Part shown: positions 1 through 14,430 of the stretch, in pieces
Layout: every line of letters begins with the position of its first letter
Position numbering within the stretch: position 1 is the first letter of the stretch
NCBI RefSeq assembly: GCF_032062105.1
Contig: NW_026933462.1
Coordinates: 186,001-250,000 of the forward strand
Reading direction: 5' to 3'
DNA length: 64,000 nt
Origin: Saccostrea cucullata
Taxonomy: Eukaryota
Position numbers and translations under genes: made by a program
The notes under the pieces: model-generated
Database searches by the model: none
The model's input: only the letters and a program-made list of their open reading frames with translations
What the model was told of the DNA's origin: nothing

Positions 1-568
1 ATGACTGAACAGTTTTAATGGGGTTCCATGTTTCAAGCGGAGTTTGAAAATGTGTAATACAAAATCGAGTGACTTCTATCTAATTAAAATTAGATCCTTT
101 ACGCTCCTGTATTTTGTTATGTCGCTGTACAGCGACTATCAGAATTTCGGAGCGTAACAAAGATCTGATTTTAATCGGATTGAAGTGATTTAAATGAAAA
201 TTATTTAGTTGCATGTACTTTTTCAAGGCAGAAGAGTTGCAATAACTAAGGCTGATGTGCTTGTTCTTGTGCGCACCGAGTCGGGGCGCCTCTTTCATAT
301 AGGGACTAGGTGCCTTCCAGGTTCTACCGTTGGTAATTTTGTTACACACATACAGTAACAGTTGGTTGCTTGGGACCTTATGCTGATTATAAGTTGCCTG
401 TGGTTACTATATATAACATTTTTTGACAATTAAATTAGGAACGAGTTTTGGTGAATATTGGTGAAAACTTAACCAAACGTTGCCATGTGTTGCAAATAGC
501 ACAAAACTGTTGCAAATGGGCGAAATTTGTTGCAAATAGCTCCAAAAAATAATGTTCCAGATGTGAAT

Positions 569-1799
569 ATGGAACCAGAAAAATTAGCATTAAAATGCGT
601 TTGTTCTTGTTTACAAACGCAAATGCAACAAAATTATTCTGTGCTCTTAAATCATTTTGGTACCAGAAGTTTAATTATTCCTCATCTTTTTCGCGAGAGA
701 AGAGTTGTTACACGTGTTAAAAACTATACTTCAGTCACAGTACCACGCTATTTACCTGACGAATTTCGTAGTAATTTCAGGCTTACCAGACAATCGTTTG
801 ATGAACTTACGGCTAGAGTAGGTGTTTGCAATGTATACAATACACAGAGGGGGCCTGCAGTTGACCCTGTAAAAGATCTGCTCATGTTCCTTTGGTTCAT
901 TGGTATGTAAAGATTGTAAACTGCAATTAAATAATGATCTTGATTTGTTCAAAGAAGATCATATTCTAACATACATTTGTATTTTTCCGTTAGGAAATAC
1001 AGAGAGCTTTAGATATATGTCGGACAGATTTAATGTGGGCAAAAGCTCATATCATCGCAGTATTAACAGGGTAGCAAAAGCTCTGGTTGAAGAAGTCATG
1101 CCCAATGTGATACAGTGGCCGACTGGAAACAGAATACGCGAAACAAGCGAGGCATTCGGAGATATAGCAGGGATGTTAAATGTAGTAGGCGCAGTTGATG
1201 GTTCCCAAATACCAATAAAAGCACCCACAGAGAATCCCAACTCATATTATAATCGGAAAAAGTTTCATTCCTTGGTTTTATTAGCTTCATGCAATGCAGA
1301 TCTGCTTTTTACATATGTCTGGACTGGGAATCCTGGGAGTACTCACGATGCTACTGTACTTAGATCTTCCGAGTTGTTCCAACAAGCAGAAAACCTTATT
1401 CCAAGAGGGTACTACATTCTGGGTGATTCAGCTTTTCCACTTTTAAGTTGGATGGTAACGCCATTCAGAGATTATGGAAATTTATCCAGAGACCAACGCC
1501 TATTCAATACATGTCATTGGAAAACTAGACAAGTCATTGAGAGATGCTTTGGGCTCTTGAAATCCAGATTCCGTCGTCTGTTGCGTTTTGACGGTTCAGA
1601 TATGAAACTAATGGTCTACTCTATTCTTTCTGCCTGTGTGTTGCACAATTTGTGTGTGAATATGAACGAAGAAGGCTTTGAATGCGAAGATGAGGGGGAC
1701 AATGATTGTAACAATGGCGATTATACACAAAGTGGATTCCAGATGGATGGCGTTCGTTTAAGAAATCATATTATGCACCATCTCGTGCAAATACATTAA
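569..1799 (+). CDS. Harbinger (HARBI1-like, DDE_Tnp_4) transposase, 2 exons (569-902, 994-1799)
   Basis: GT..AG intron 903-993 joins FI-G-NTESFR in frame. Motifs FRSNFRLTRQSF, GAVDGSQIPI, YYNRKKFHS, GSTHDA, LGDSAFP and RQVIERCFGLLKSRFR. Confidence 0.9.
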
Positions 1800-2456
1800 A
1801 CATTTGAACCACGAAAGTGAAAAAAACTGGAATAAATCAATCGCATGTGATCCACATCTCTTATACCTGTATTATCAAATTATGTAACTATCATGATTCA
1901 GAGGCAATCATTCATTCACAAATTTTGAATAAAAACCACATAAAGATGCCTCTATTTAGGTATGAGTTTCAGAGTCGGAATATATATTTCAGTATGGAAT
2001 CTTTTACCTATTTTAATTTCATTAAATTTCTTATCCATATTGCTGTCTCTGTTGTCTTATGCAGGTCATAATCACAGGAGGTCGCAAATTTTTATAACGT
2101 ATTTTTTTAATTTACTAATGGTAAAGTTGATAGGTATGCGAACTCCTGTTGTTATAATTAAGAACCCCGAGAATTTTATGCATGTATACGTAGGTCTCAC
2201 CCCAGCTCTTTAAATGAAAATACATAGGTTTCTAAAGAAAATCAATTATTATAGAGGATGGTCTAGTTGAACAATGTACTTGGAAAGGGGGGAGTTAATT
2301 CATTAATTTATATGTTTTGCTAGAGGGAGCGTACTTAGGGATTCCAAAACTAAGTTATTTTGTAACTAATTTTGTAACGTATTTATTGCATGAATTTATT
2401 TCATGATTGAAAGATCATTACATTCATTGTAAGCCATTTAAAGACATTAAAACTTG

Positions 2457-4927
2457 TTACAGCTTTTTAAGAATTTTCTCCAAAATTTCATTCTGTTTCT
2501 TCTGCATAGCTTCAAGAGTTTTCATAAGTTCAGTATCTCTTTCTTTCAGAAAATCTTTTAATTCATCGGATTTCGTGACTTTCTTTTTTTTTCTTGGGGG
2601 TCTCTGTTTTCCCGGGCTCTTCATCAGAAGAGTTGGCATCAGTAGGATCTGCCTTTTAACTCAGAGAACCATACTTGCAGACTGGTTGGAATGTTGGATC
2701 GTCTTTCAGAATTTCCTGCATTTCACGTTCGAGGAGAAAAGGTTTGGGTGTTTTGTTTCCTGACTTCTGGCAGTCTGATGTGTATTTTCTATATTTTCTC
2801 TTAATTAAGGGTGTAAAACCGTGTCCCTGGTCTGCTCACTTGTTATCTGTATCTTTTCCGAAGTACTTAAAGAAGCCGCAATTTTGTCCCATACTTTCTT
2901 CTTGTTTCGAGTAACCTGCATCATTTTGATGTTTTCTTTGTAAATAGAGAGCAGCTTCTTACTTCTATAAAGCCCCCACTCGAGCCTTCCCTTTGTTTCC
3001 GTATCATCTGAGTCTTCTGGGTCCTCTGGTATATAGTTGTGAGGGGGGTCTTGTTTTGAATTGGCAACATTAGAGATCTCCCCACTTGTTCCTGGTGCTT
3101 CACTATTTTCTCTTGTAACTTGACCTCCACTAGTACTAGGTTCTTCATTGCCAGGTGTTAAGTTTAGATACTTCTTAGTAAAGCTCTCTACATTATTGAG
3201 GTACTGTAATATGTTTCCATCCGTGTCCTCATTTTCCGTAGCATAATGTTCAAGGGCCTTCACAAAGTTATCGTGATCTGAAAAAGGAAAATCTTTAGTA
3301 AGTCTGTTTGTTTGTTTTAGAATACTACAGTACTGAAGTCTGTCGCACTCATGGAAATGTAGTCTTGTTCCATTCGTGAAAATATGAAATATGCTGTCGC
3401 CTTCGTGAAAATTGTTTTCATTACTATTCAGATACAAAATTTGTAAGACTAGGGACTAAGGAAATACAATAATTAGATTTTATATTGGTAAATACACCAT
3501 GAAAATCTTATTTAAAAAAAATATTTAATCATTATTAGTACGTTATGCTTGCCTACAAAACATCATGTCGAGAGATTTATGTTTCAGAAAATAAATATGC
3601 CCTAAATATTAGAATTCGATATATACGAGGCCTAGGGCTATCAAAAAGTTTGTGGACTAGCGCCATAAAATTAAAACCGCTTTAGGTACATCAATGAATT
3701 TTTTTTAATATTTAGATATCATCATCTTTTCTATCCATAGAATAAACTACAAATCATAAATGTTATTTTTAAATAAATTAGTAAAGTTTTTGTAAGCAAT
3801 GGTTTGTCCAGGCGGCGCAACCTCGAAAACGACGTTTTTTTCGACCTACGTGTAACTAACACAAACTATTGTGATATGAACATTTGACATCCAAAAATCC
3901 CGTTAATTCAGGCATATGTTCTTGTTCCATAAAATATGGAATTTTTACCTCATTCTGAAAATATGAAATTTTATTGTAAATTTTACATGTATCCAAACAA
4001 ATATTGCCTTGAAAATGACGTGAAAATTGTTTTCATTAGGAAATGTTTAAACAGATACAAAATTACTTGTTTTATAATGCCAAAATAGATTCAGAGAGAA
4101 AAGGGATGCAAAGTTTATGTCGATTTGTAGTCAAGGTTTGAAAAAATACAAAAAATAATTAGATATTTATATTGGCACAATACACCAATGTTTAAATCCA
4201 TTTGCAATGATATTTGCTTTGAAAAAAATATTGTAAAGTCATAAAAACAAGATTATTAGCTACATGGAATCTCATCAAAATAAGTGTACGAGGTAGAAGA
4301 AGCGGACATTGAAAAATAATGACGTCTGGGATGTCATGAAACTAAGCGGCGACGGCGCCGGGTGATCATATAATGTCGTTTTCATTTTATAATATTCATT
4401 TTGGAAAATAATGAACGCATCGAGCCTAGATTTTAAACATTTCTTTATTTTTTGTTGCTTTATATTCCTTATAAATTTTGTAAGCTCAGACAACATAGTA
4501 CTAATTTCATAGCCTCAGTCCACGAACTTTTTGATAAAACCTCGTAACTTTTTGGTCTGAAAAAGTTAAGATAAAACACCACGCAGATCTATTGACTATA
4601 AATAAACTAAAAGACATGTTTTGCTTTCTGAGCAGAGTATTGCGAGTTACCATCAAGCCTAAAACAACTTTTATATTGACTTAGTGTATTTTTTTTATCT
4701 ATATTTAATGATTCGGAGAACGAGTCCGTATCAGCCACGCGTCCGATTCTTATTCATAAGAGATGAAAAGAATCGGACACTTGGATCGCGGAAATATGTT
4801 TAAAATAATGTACTTACTGTCAGATATGAAGCTGACTGTTTCAGCAAATAATTTCTTTCAGCGCCGTTTACAATCAGTTTAAGGGAAACATGTCCTCGCA
4901 CAACCCAAACATGGATTGACCCGCCAT
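2457..4927 (-). pseudogene. Harbinger Myb/SANT (MADF/trihelix-like) DNA-binding gene, frameshifted
   Basis: Main exon ~3279-2457 reads LEW..SKKLLSIYKE..KKKVWDKIAASL..ITSEQ, shifts frame near 2820 into YRKYTSDCQKSGN..EMQEILKDDP, and ends in a coiled-coil tail. A putative first exon lies at ~4927-4818, ending at a GTAAGT donor. Confidence 0.75.
3626..4544. mobile_element. Non-autonomous Mariner-type element in the intron of the Myb/SANT gene
   Basis: TA|CGAGG..TATCAAAAAGTTTGTGGACT at the left end and AGTCCACGAACTTTTTGATAAAACCTCG|TA at the right end. TA TSD. Confidence 0.8.
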
Positions 4928-6678
4928 TTTTACTTTTTGTATGACGTCATTCACCAATCCTACCCACACTCTAGATTGTCTGCAAGATTGGTGACCTACA
5001 TCTTAATGTGAAAGAAGATTATTGGCTAACCATAGTAAAAATTTGTTACCAATGTTAACAATTTTTTACCTGTGGTAAGAAAGTGTAACAAGTTACCAAT
5101 GGTGAAACCTGGAATGCACCTACTGTAAGTCTCGTTTAGCATCACTTTTGGTGATGCATTGCCGGTGACAAACATGGCTATATCAATACAATATTGGGCC
5201 AGTTATACAGCCGAAAAACCGAAATTAATGAGAAAGTCAGAGAACGCCGTTATTAGCAACCATGTGCTAAAATTTTTATTTGATCAAGAGACTAAAACGA
5301 TCCATTCGGTGGTACAAGCTTCGACGAGGAACACATCATATAAAGTCACGGTAAGGGTCAAGGTTGTGTACATTTTCGTGAACATCTCTAACAATATTAG
5401 ACATTATCTTCTCCCTCGTGTCACATATATATACATATATATATATATATTTTCTTGACTAATTTATTAAAAACATACAAAAACAATATACTGTAGGATT
5501 GTTGCGTTCGTTACAAATCGCATATTTATTCAAGTGATACAATTCAAATGCATAAATTTTACTAAATAAACAATGAAAGGGCTGGGTGGGCAGGGAAAGC
5601 CAAAGACACAAAACAACCTGCGATTCTTTGTAACGAACGTCGCATTAATCGAACATTCCCCGGTAAATGTATGAGATACATTTAACATATTATTAAGCAT
5701 AAAAAGTCTAATGACCTGATGATTGATCGAGTTTATTTACATGTTTTTCATTCAGGAGCCAGAGGGCTAAAATGATACTTAAATACACCATGAGATATAC
5801 ATTCACAGATACAAATGTGTTAGCAAGACTGACATAAAGTGTGGATGGTTGAAGAACCCAAAAACTTCAATTAAAAAAGACATGAAAACAATGGAAGAAT
5901 TGTTTCCACCTGCACGCCCGGATTACTGGTTAGTATCTACCGGGGTATATTTTAAATATTTTTCTCAGTGAGGCAATATGTATTTTCTTTTATTTATAGT
6001 TATTCATATATTTGCAATTTCTGAATTATTCATTAACTGTATTAATTTAAAAAAATATATCAATCATTAAAAATACATAAATCAGTCGTAAAAAAAATTT
6101 GCTTCATATTTGAAGTACTTTAAACCGCCCCTTTGATGAAAGTGATTGGTGTTTTTTGCACCAAGAGTTAGCAAAGCTTGGAAGGTTTATTGGTAAAATA
6201 TAAGGGGGAAATTATGATTTTGGTGTTACTGTTGTTGTTATTTGTTTTATTTGATTTTTACATTAAGAGTATTATAAAACTGTTAATTTGTTACTGACCG
6301 TTGGTTGATTTTCATTGTAAACAAATGTACAAAGATGAGGAGCATAATATTGTTGGCTATGTATATTGTCCAGTTTTTGAACATACAATGTAATAAATAT
6401 TAATAACAATCTTTGAATAATTGGAAAGGCAAGATTATAAATATGATAGTATTTTTGTACATGAGTATACATTTCTGACAGGAAAAAATTCATTCAATTG
6501 CATTTAAAAAAAATAACTTGTTTCATATTCTAGCAAAATTATCAGATCATTCTTCTATTATTCTAATACTAGAATATGTCATTATGAAACATTGATTAAT
6601 AATTTAGTAAATGTTAATTGTACATTTGCACCAATTTTTCCATGACACTTTCACACTAAGAATGCCACATGCAATTTT

Positions 6679-7860
6679 TTAGCTCTACTGGTCAGAGACC
6701 AGAAGAGCTTATGCGATAGTAATGCGTCCGTCGTCCGTCCGTCTGTCCGTCTGTCTGTCTGTCTGTCCGTCTGTCCGTCTGTCTGTAAACAATTTTTCAA
6801 AATGCTACTCCTCCTACAGTTTTGGTATAATTTCAATATAACTTTAGACTACACTAAGATACATAATTCTGTGTATCGGTTTTTGATTTCAATGAACGGT
6901 GTTGCCGTGGTCATAAAATAGAAATTTCTGTGAAATTCTTTCAAAACGCTACTCCTCCTACAAAAATATATCAGTATAACTTGGCACACAAGTAGACTAC
7001 ACTAAATACATAATTCTGTGTATCGGTTTTTGATTTTGTTGAACGGTGTTGCCGTGGTTACTAAAAATAGAAATTTCTGTGAAATTCTTTCAAAATGCTA
7101 CTCTTCCTACAGTTTTGGTTTGATTTCATTATAACTTGGCACACAAGTAGACTACACTAAGATACATAATTCTGTGTATCGGTTTTTGATTTTGAACGGT
7201 GTTGCCGTGATTTTAAAAATAGAAATTTCTGTGAAATTCTTTCAAAATGCTACTCCTCCTACAGTTTTGGTCTGATTTCAGTATTACTTGGCAAGCAAGT
7301 AGAATACACTAAGATACATAATTCTGTGTATCGGTTTTTGATTTTGATGAATTTTGCCGTGGTTACTAAAAATAGAAATTTCTGTGAAATTCTTTCAAAA
7401 TGCTACTCCTCCTACAGTTTTGGTTTGATTTCATTATAACTTGGCACACAAGTAGAATACAATAAGATACATAATTTGTTTATCGGTTTTTGATTTCGAT
7501 GAACGGTGTTGCCGTGGTTACTAAAAAAGAAATATCTGTAAAATTGTTTCAAAAAACAGTTTTGGTCTGATTTCAATATAACTTGGCACATAAGTAGAAT
7601 ACACTAAGATACATAATTCTGTGTATCGAACTTTAATTTTGATGAATGGTGTTGCCGTGGTTACTAAAAATAGAAATGTCTGTAAAATTGTTTCAAAATG
7701 CTAAATTTTATTTCAGTATAGCTTGGCACACAATTAAGAACATAAAGAGACTTATCACATTATTCTATTTAGTTTCAAATCCCAGCTGCTTAAGTACTTT
7801 TCTCTTCCTTTGCTATAAGTTCAAACCAGTAGAGCTTCAGTCTCGACAGAGACTTCTGGT
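6679..7860 (+). mobile_element. Non-autonomous helentron (HINE-like) carrying ~156-bp tandem repeats (family A)
   Basis: 5' AGCTCTACTGG sub-TIR with hairpin, (GTCT/GTCC)n microsatellite, ~6 tandem units, 3' CCAGTAGAGCT plus AGTCTC..GAGACT hairpin, T-rich flanks. Confidence 0.85.
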
Positions 7861-8354
7861 TTTTACAGGAATACAAATGTATTTGCAAGTGAGTTGTAAA
7901 TTTGAAATTTAATGCATACATTACAAAAACCCATTACAGTGTTCACTAAAATTAAATGTATGGACTCTTATATTAATTACTTGGTATATGCATGACATGG
8001 ATATTATTTTTGAGAATGACACAAGTAATGAAATTTTTCAGCATTGAAATGGATTCTTGAACCAGAGCCATGTGAACCTGGCCCACCTGCTCCTCTCATT
8101 GAAGACCTGTTAACATCACCAGAGTATGTTCATTCTGATGCCCCTATGGTGTGGTTACGACATGCATTATCCCTGTTAGATGAAGCCATTAAAAGAGCTG
8201 CATTAGCAACAATTGGGCAACGAAACAACCCAATGATTTGGTCGATTGTAAGAAAATACAGAATAACAGCTTCCAACTTTTGTGCAGTTCTCAGTTCTAA
8301 GCAAAGGCGGTAAGACGTGTGATTAAATCTTTTTCAAAATAGACTTTTAAAGTA

Positions 8355-8549
8355 CAGTCAAACTTTGTTATCTCAAACCCATTATCTCAGATACCATGGA
8401 TATGTCAAACGTAATTTTGATGTCCAAACCACTTATAAAAGACTGGGACGTTTTATTCTCAATAACTCTTTATATATCATTCTTGAATCCACGGATATTT
8501 CGAACATTTTTCTTGGTCTCATTGAGTTTCAGATAATGAGGTTTGAGTG
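8355..8549. mobile_element. Tc1/mariner-type MITE
   Basis: TA|CAGTCAAACTTTGTTATCT ... AGATAATGAGGTTTGAGTG|TA imperfect TIRs. Confidence 0.6.
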
Positions 8550-11500
8550 TAATGACTAGATATTTGTACATATAGATGCAGGGAATATTAGATCAATAAC
8601 CAAAAATCATATTCTTCTTCAGAATGACATTGTCACTGAAGAAACGGCTTATGTCGGCTTACAATCTGGAGTCCATCAAGGTTGTTGCATGGGGTATCAC
8701 TCATGAAGATGATGCTTTGAGAAAGTATGAAAAGGATTTTGATGCAGCTATAGAGCAATCAGGTATACAGCAAAAAATAATATTCCTTCAACCTCTGACA
8801 TGTTAACATTCATTGTGTCGAAACAAATAACAGGACTTATCCTAGTGACAAATAGAAATCAATTGCTGAAGTCCAATTGTAAAAAAAAAAAAAAATATTC
8901 AGTTACCAATATATTCCAGAAAATTTGTTGGAAATGGAGACCTACTTAAAAATAAACCTAGTACCACTCTGTACAAGTATATCCATATACTCTATTTGAA
9001 GTAGAAAGGATTATAAAAGCTCTACTTAGACTTTGTGTGCATTACAAAATCAATTGTAATTGGTTTGTTTGCATTCAGTAGTATTATATTTTTTCCTGAA
9101 AGGAATATGGTTGCATGAATCAGGAGTGTTGGGTGCTTCACCTGAGGGCTTAGTTGTTCGACCACCAACATGCAGTGTATTTTATCAAACTCCAGAAGCC
9201 AAAGACGCCATTCCTGATATTGTAGAGGTGAAGTGTCCATATACAGCATCGTCTTCAACAGTAGCAGATGCAGCACAAAAGTCGAAGGATTTTTTCATAG
9301 GTAAATAACAATTTATAAGTTGGATTAAAAAACTTAATTGTCCAGTACTTTGAAATTAAAAATCTTGGTGAGTAAATGATTTCAATACATGTATTGATTT
9401 ACAAGTGCAACTGTTCAATATAGTATGAAGATATGGAAAAGGGAGGGGATATGAATAGTTAGAACACAACTTAAGTGTTTTTGATTTTTTAGATATTAAC
9501 ATCAATTCTCTGTAAGGACCAAAGTTTTACTGTAGGGCTGTGGCACACACTATGGGCGATTTCAATGAAACTTTTTCAGGTGATTAATGCCCATACAGTA
9601 TGACATAATCAACATTCAAAATTAAGGTTACCACCTTGGTTGCCATGGTAACGGACAAAAATAGATTTTGACCCCATTTATGCCCATTTCACACATAAAA
9701 ATGCTATATAATTCATTTCATATGGTATAATCATCTTTATTTTTATAAGATAAATAATAAATTATATGAACAGGACACATGGAGCAATATATTACACAAA
9801 TAAAAAAAAAATTGTAAATGTCACAGCAAATTCCTCAATTGGTGGCTCAAAGATGACCAAATTCTAACATTTCGAAAATGGACATTTTTACCCTGTTTTT
9901 CAAGAGGTCTATCAAAAATTGCAAGCACTATGAGAAAAAATCAACTGAAATTTTAAAAACACTATCATAATGTTATTCAACTTTTATAAAAAGTAGAGTG
10001 GGTATTTTATTCGTTTAAAATATTTTTAACTTCGAAAATTGGCATTTTGCCAAATAATTTGTTTCTTTTTCAAAATTTTACCAGACACTAGTTGTTTAAT
10101 AAAATTTCTTTTCCAATCAGTTTTTTCTTTAAAATATGAGAAATCAAATGAATAATAAATGTTTACAATTTTTTTTAAAGCTATTAATTAAAATAAATCA
10201 AAATTAATTGTTTTATTATTGTTTCTCAATGATCCCTTACAAAGGGCAAATAACTCAAAATCTAGCAAAGATTAGCTCTTTGATAGCCATTTTTTTTTAT
10301 AAATAATTTAAACTTCTTTGTCATGCACTGATTCTGATGAAACTTTCCCCATTAGTACTACTTGATACCAGAAATAAAAATATCAAATAAAATTTGGTTG
10401 CAAGGTATCTTGGTTGCTATGGAAACAGCCAGAATTTTTTGAAAAATTGAGACTTTTGGCTAGTACTTGAAATCTCAACTGAACATTTAATAAAATCTAA
10501 GAAAAACCAACAAATTATTGTCACAAAAACTACACACCTTGTTTTAATTTTATGCTACACAGAAAATGTTTAGAAAATTATTTGTACATGTAAGTCAGTG
10601 GTAAATATGGGTATATTTGAAAGCCAATTTAAATACTGAAAAATGCAAAGTATTCACTAATTCTAGGCGTCACTTGACCAAAATTTAATAATAACTTAAG
10701 AAAAACAATAAAATGTTTGATCTCAAAGACATAGGTGTTAGCAAAATCATTCTATAAATAACTTTTAGGGTTTCCACAGTTACACAGTAAAACCAAGCAA
10801 AATAAGATTCTAAGATTGGATTAATGCTATTATCTTGAGGAAAAACAAGAAAATTCTAGACTGGCACATACTAGTATGCATCTTTAAGACCTTGCAACAC
10901 CAACAACATACTGAAAACTTTTCACAGGAACTTTGCCCAGCAATCAATATTTTCAAATACTAGATACAAAATGGAGAAAAGGAGCTGAATCTAAATTGAC
11001 TATTAAACTAACAACACATTGAAAAAAATCGTTAATATATCACTTACAATCTGTAAACATACACATACTCATTTGTATTCTGTTTATCAGTTTTATTCAC
11101 GAGAACATTATTTTCCCACTATTAAACAAGACTTTGTGCTCTCAGAAAATTAATTCTCACATAAAATAGTATTTTTTGAGATTAAAAAGAGTATTGACAC
11201 CAATTTGTGAAAAATGTGTCTATTTTAAAAAAAGAGTCAATGACAATGTTGTGAAAATAAGGTAAAATAATTGCAAAAATTATGTGATCTACAGTACATG
11301 TATATATAACAACTTTTATAATATGTTTTACGGTGTGACCGTTGGGGCGAGCGCAGTTTATTTAATATCATAAACCTACACATGTACTGTCTATCATTTA
11401 AGAAAAAGAAAGCGAAAAGAATAAAACAAAACAATAAAAAGAAAACATTTCCCAAGCATCGGGATCGAGATTCCAAACTTTTCGGAAGTTTCCGACAAAA

Positions 11501-12221
11501 TCGGAAATACCCAAACCCTTGAAGTGACGAAAGTATGACGTCAGATAAAAAGTTCTGTTGACCTAGGATGCAAACGCTAGTTTTATGGAAAAGAGATTGC
11601 ATTAAATCGTTCTTTTCAAGTAAGTTGTTGCTATGTTTTAGCCACCATGTTGCTATGCACCGCAACATGTTTTCCGAGTTTCACGGAAGCAACCGACATA
11701 ACTTCGTCAAAATTCGTAAGTTTCCAGTGACGTCATTTGTATCATTTCCGAAGGACAAGGTGAAGGCCTGTGTTGTGGCATGGGGGTATTTTTTTGAATT
11801 AGGTAAGGCGAAAGCATTTCATTAAGATTTCGGTAAGAAACAATGTTCCTTTAGTTTTTTTTACTATTTTTGATTTATTCGCGCAAAGGACATTGGGTAG
11901 TGCAGGAATTCTGGGAATGTTGCACAGAGAAATTTGGCTCACGTATGTACAGATTTCAATCCGAATTTCCTCTGTTCATCCACGTTAGTCTATTGAGCTC
12001 GCTTCGCGAGCGTCGCTTTGCGACGCTCGCTGCGTTCGCTATTAATACAGTCTTTTTTTCAAATTATTTATCAAGAAAATCTTCATTCTGAACATTATCT
12101 AAAATGTGTATTTATATGTCAAAATATGGAAAAAAAAAATCTGTTACATAACAATTTAGTTCAAACAGCTAGACTTAAAGTTACCCCTTTTTTTTTTTCT
12201 TACATCAGACGTTTACTGTTA

Positions 12222-12399
12222 CAGTAATTAAACTTAGTTATAACAAAGGCATGGGGACCTTCGAAATTGCTTTGCTATATCTGTTATTTGTTATATCTGT
12301 ATAAGGAATGTTTTAAAATTATATAGTTAGGGATCCAAGATGACTTCGCTTTATCCGTAAATTCACAATATCCGTGTTTGTACTAAACGAGTTTTGCTG
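12222..12399. mobile_element. Degenerate Tc1/mariner-type MITE
   Basis: TA|CAGTAA..ACTTAGTTA ... TAAACGAGTTTTGCTG|TA; TIRs are weak. Confidence 0.4.
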
Positions 12400-12862
12400 T
12401 ATGTGGTGTTATGGCTGTCCAGTGAAGAAAGTGGGTTTAAAAAGTGACACTTGAAATAATCATCTTCGACTTTTTCCCTGAAATAAAAAATAACATACAT
12501 CTATACCCAATTTAAATTCATTATTTTTCTACAACATTTTTTTCATGTGAAAACAAAATTGATATTTTTTTCACTATCATGTATTTAATTCTAAACCAAT
12601 TGTTAGTATTTACACCTTGAAAAAAATACCTCAAAAATATTTTAAGTATAAACAATGGAAGATAAAAGCAACCTAAAAAATTTAGTGAATTTACCATCAC
12701 AAACTTCAAAACTTCTGAACTCCAATTTCTTTAAACAGAATTCCCTCCAAAAGAATACTGTTTGGTAACGATAATGTCTGGAGTTCAGTTCTCATGCAGG
12801 ATCACTTGCAAGTTTTCTGTCTTTGTTTATTAATTTTGTAACTGCCTCCTGTTTCTGGTACA

Positions 12863-13033
12863 CAGTGGACCTTCAGATATCCGGACGCCAGATATCCGGA
12901 CGATTTTTCATCGGAACGAAATTTTTAAATGTTATTCTGTCTTGTTTAACTGGTGATTCAGATATCAGGATATTTCACATATCCAGACAAATTAAATTGG
13001 AACCAAAGCGTCCGGATAAATGAGGGTCCACTG
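12863..13033. mobile_element. Tc1/pogo-type MITE
   Basis: CAGTGGACCTTCAGATATCCGGACGC ... GCGTCCGGATAAATGAGGGTCCACTG|TA inverted repeats. Confidence 0.75.
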
Positions 13034-13700
13034 TATAACCTTTGTGTTAAAAAAAGATAATAAAAACATAAAAACAAAGATTATTTCCTAATAAGTTGCA
13101 ACTATATAGTTCATTGCTGTATACTGGATACTAGTATTTTTATTTAGGGTTCCTCTATTTATAGTGCCTTATATGCAACTTTCTTGCATAAATCATACAT
13201 ATATGCATCATGTATGTTAGGGATATTCATACTATTTCATATATACATGTATCCAAGTACAGTTGCATAATAGCTTAATACATATTCAATTTATGAATTT
13301 GTAAATACAAGAAAAACTTTAAGATAAAATTTTGATTGACTACTTGTAAGTTATATGGTGTTCCCACAATTAATTTTGAATTTGCTTGTGAATTAAGTAT
13401 GGTAAGAGTATATTTCTTTTAATATATAGAACAAAAAAAAAATTCTAAAACCTCTTTGATAAAATTTTTATTAAAACATACATCATGTGTTGACTTTGTT
13501 GAGAAAATTGAATTAATTTAAGTAACAGTGTACTTACAGTTGCTCATATATCTTTTATTGGTGTCATTTGTATCATTTGTAACCTTTCACAGGTGATGCT
13601 CCTGTGTCACAGTTCTAAAATGTAACAATACAATCATAGTAGGTTCTACAACCAATTTTTGATTCTTTTTTTAAATTACTGTATCCCAAAACTTTATAAG

Positions 13701-13702
<2 letters not shown>

Positions 13703-13736
<34 letters not shown>

Positions 13737-14232
13737 CACTAAGGGTAGGAAAGAGTAGAAAATGTTTTTTTATTGTAAAGTTTAAATCCAAAAGTAGTCC
13801 CATGACCAATCATGGATTGGCTATTTTTTAGAAAAATGATTTTTAAAGAATTTTCCTATATATATCTTTAAAAACTTTGGTTGGCCATTTTGGCCCCGCC
13901 CTACCCCTGGGGGTCATGATTTGATCAAAATTGAATCTACACTACTTGAGCATGCTTCCATATAAATATGATGAATTATGGCTTTGTCATTCTTGAGAAG
14001 AAGATTTTTAAAGAATTTTCCTATATATTTCTATGTAAAACTTTGGTCGGCCATTTTGGCCCCGCCCTACCCCGGGGGGTCATGATTTGAACAAACTTGA
14101 ATCTACACTACCTGAGGATGTTTCCCCATAAGTTTCATCTTTCCTGGCACAGTGGTTCTTGAGAAGAAGATTTTTAAAAGATGCCACTAAATTTTCATTA
14201 AATTCCCAATTATCTCCCCTTGAATGAAGGCT

Positions 14233-14276
<44 letters not shown>

Positions 14277-14285
14277 ATTTTGTGG

Positions 14286-14316
<31 letters not shown>

Positions 14317-14327
14317 TGAGAAGAAGT

Positions 14328-14359
<32 letters not shown>

Positions 14360-14430
14360 AAACAGACAGACGGACGCCGGACAAAATGTGATCAGAAAAG
14401 CTTACTTGAGCCTTCGGCTCAGGAGACCTA
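13703..14430 (-). mobile_element. Non-autonomous helentron (GCTCACCTGAG family)
   Basis: ACAAGAGGCCCATGGGCC hairpin plus GCTCACCTGAG at one end; TGAGCCTTCGGCTCA hairpin plus (GACA)n at the other; internal ~170-bp duplicated unit. Confidence 0.85.

Larger units (their letters stand above)
308..5121 (+). mobile_element. PIF/Harbinger DNA transposon (two-gene type)
   Basis: Imperfect ~40-bp TIRs (AGGTGCCTTCCAGGTTCTACCGTTGGTAA at 308; TTACCAATGGTGAAACCTGGAATGCACCT ending 5121). 3-bp TSD ACT at 305-307 and 5122-5124. Convergent DDE transposase and Myb/SANT genes inside. Confidence 0.9.

Noticed and set aside
900-1799. Domesticated host HARBI1; likewise ZBED1, ZNF862 and PGBD4 labels for the other transposases
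   Set aside because: All are flanked by TIRs and TSDs, so they are transposon genes; no gene symbols were assigned.
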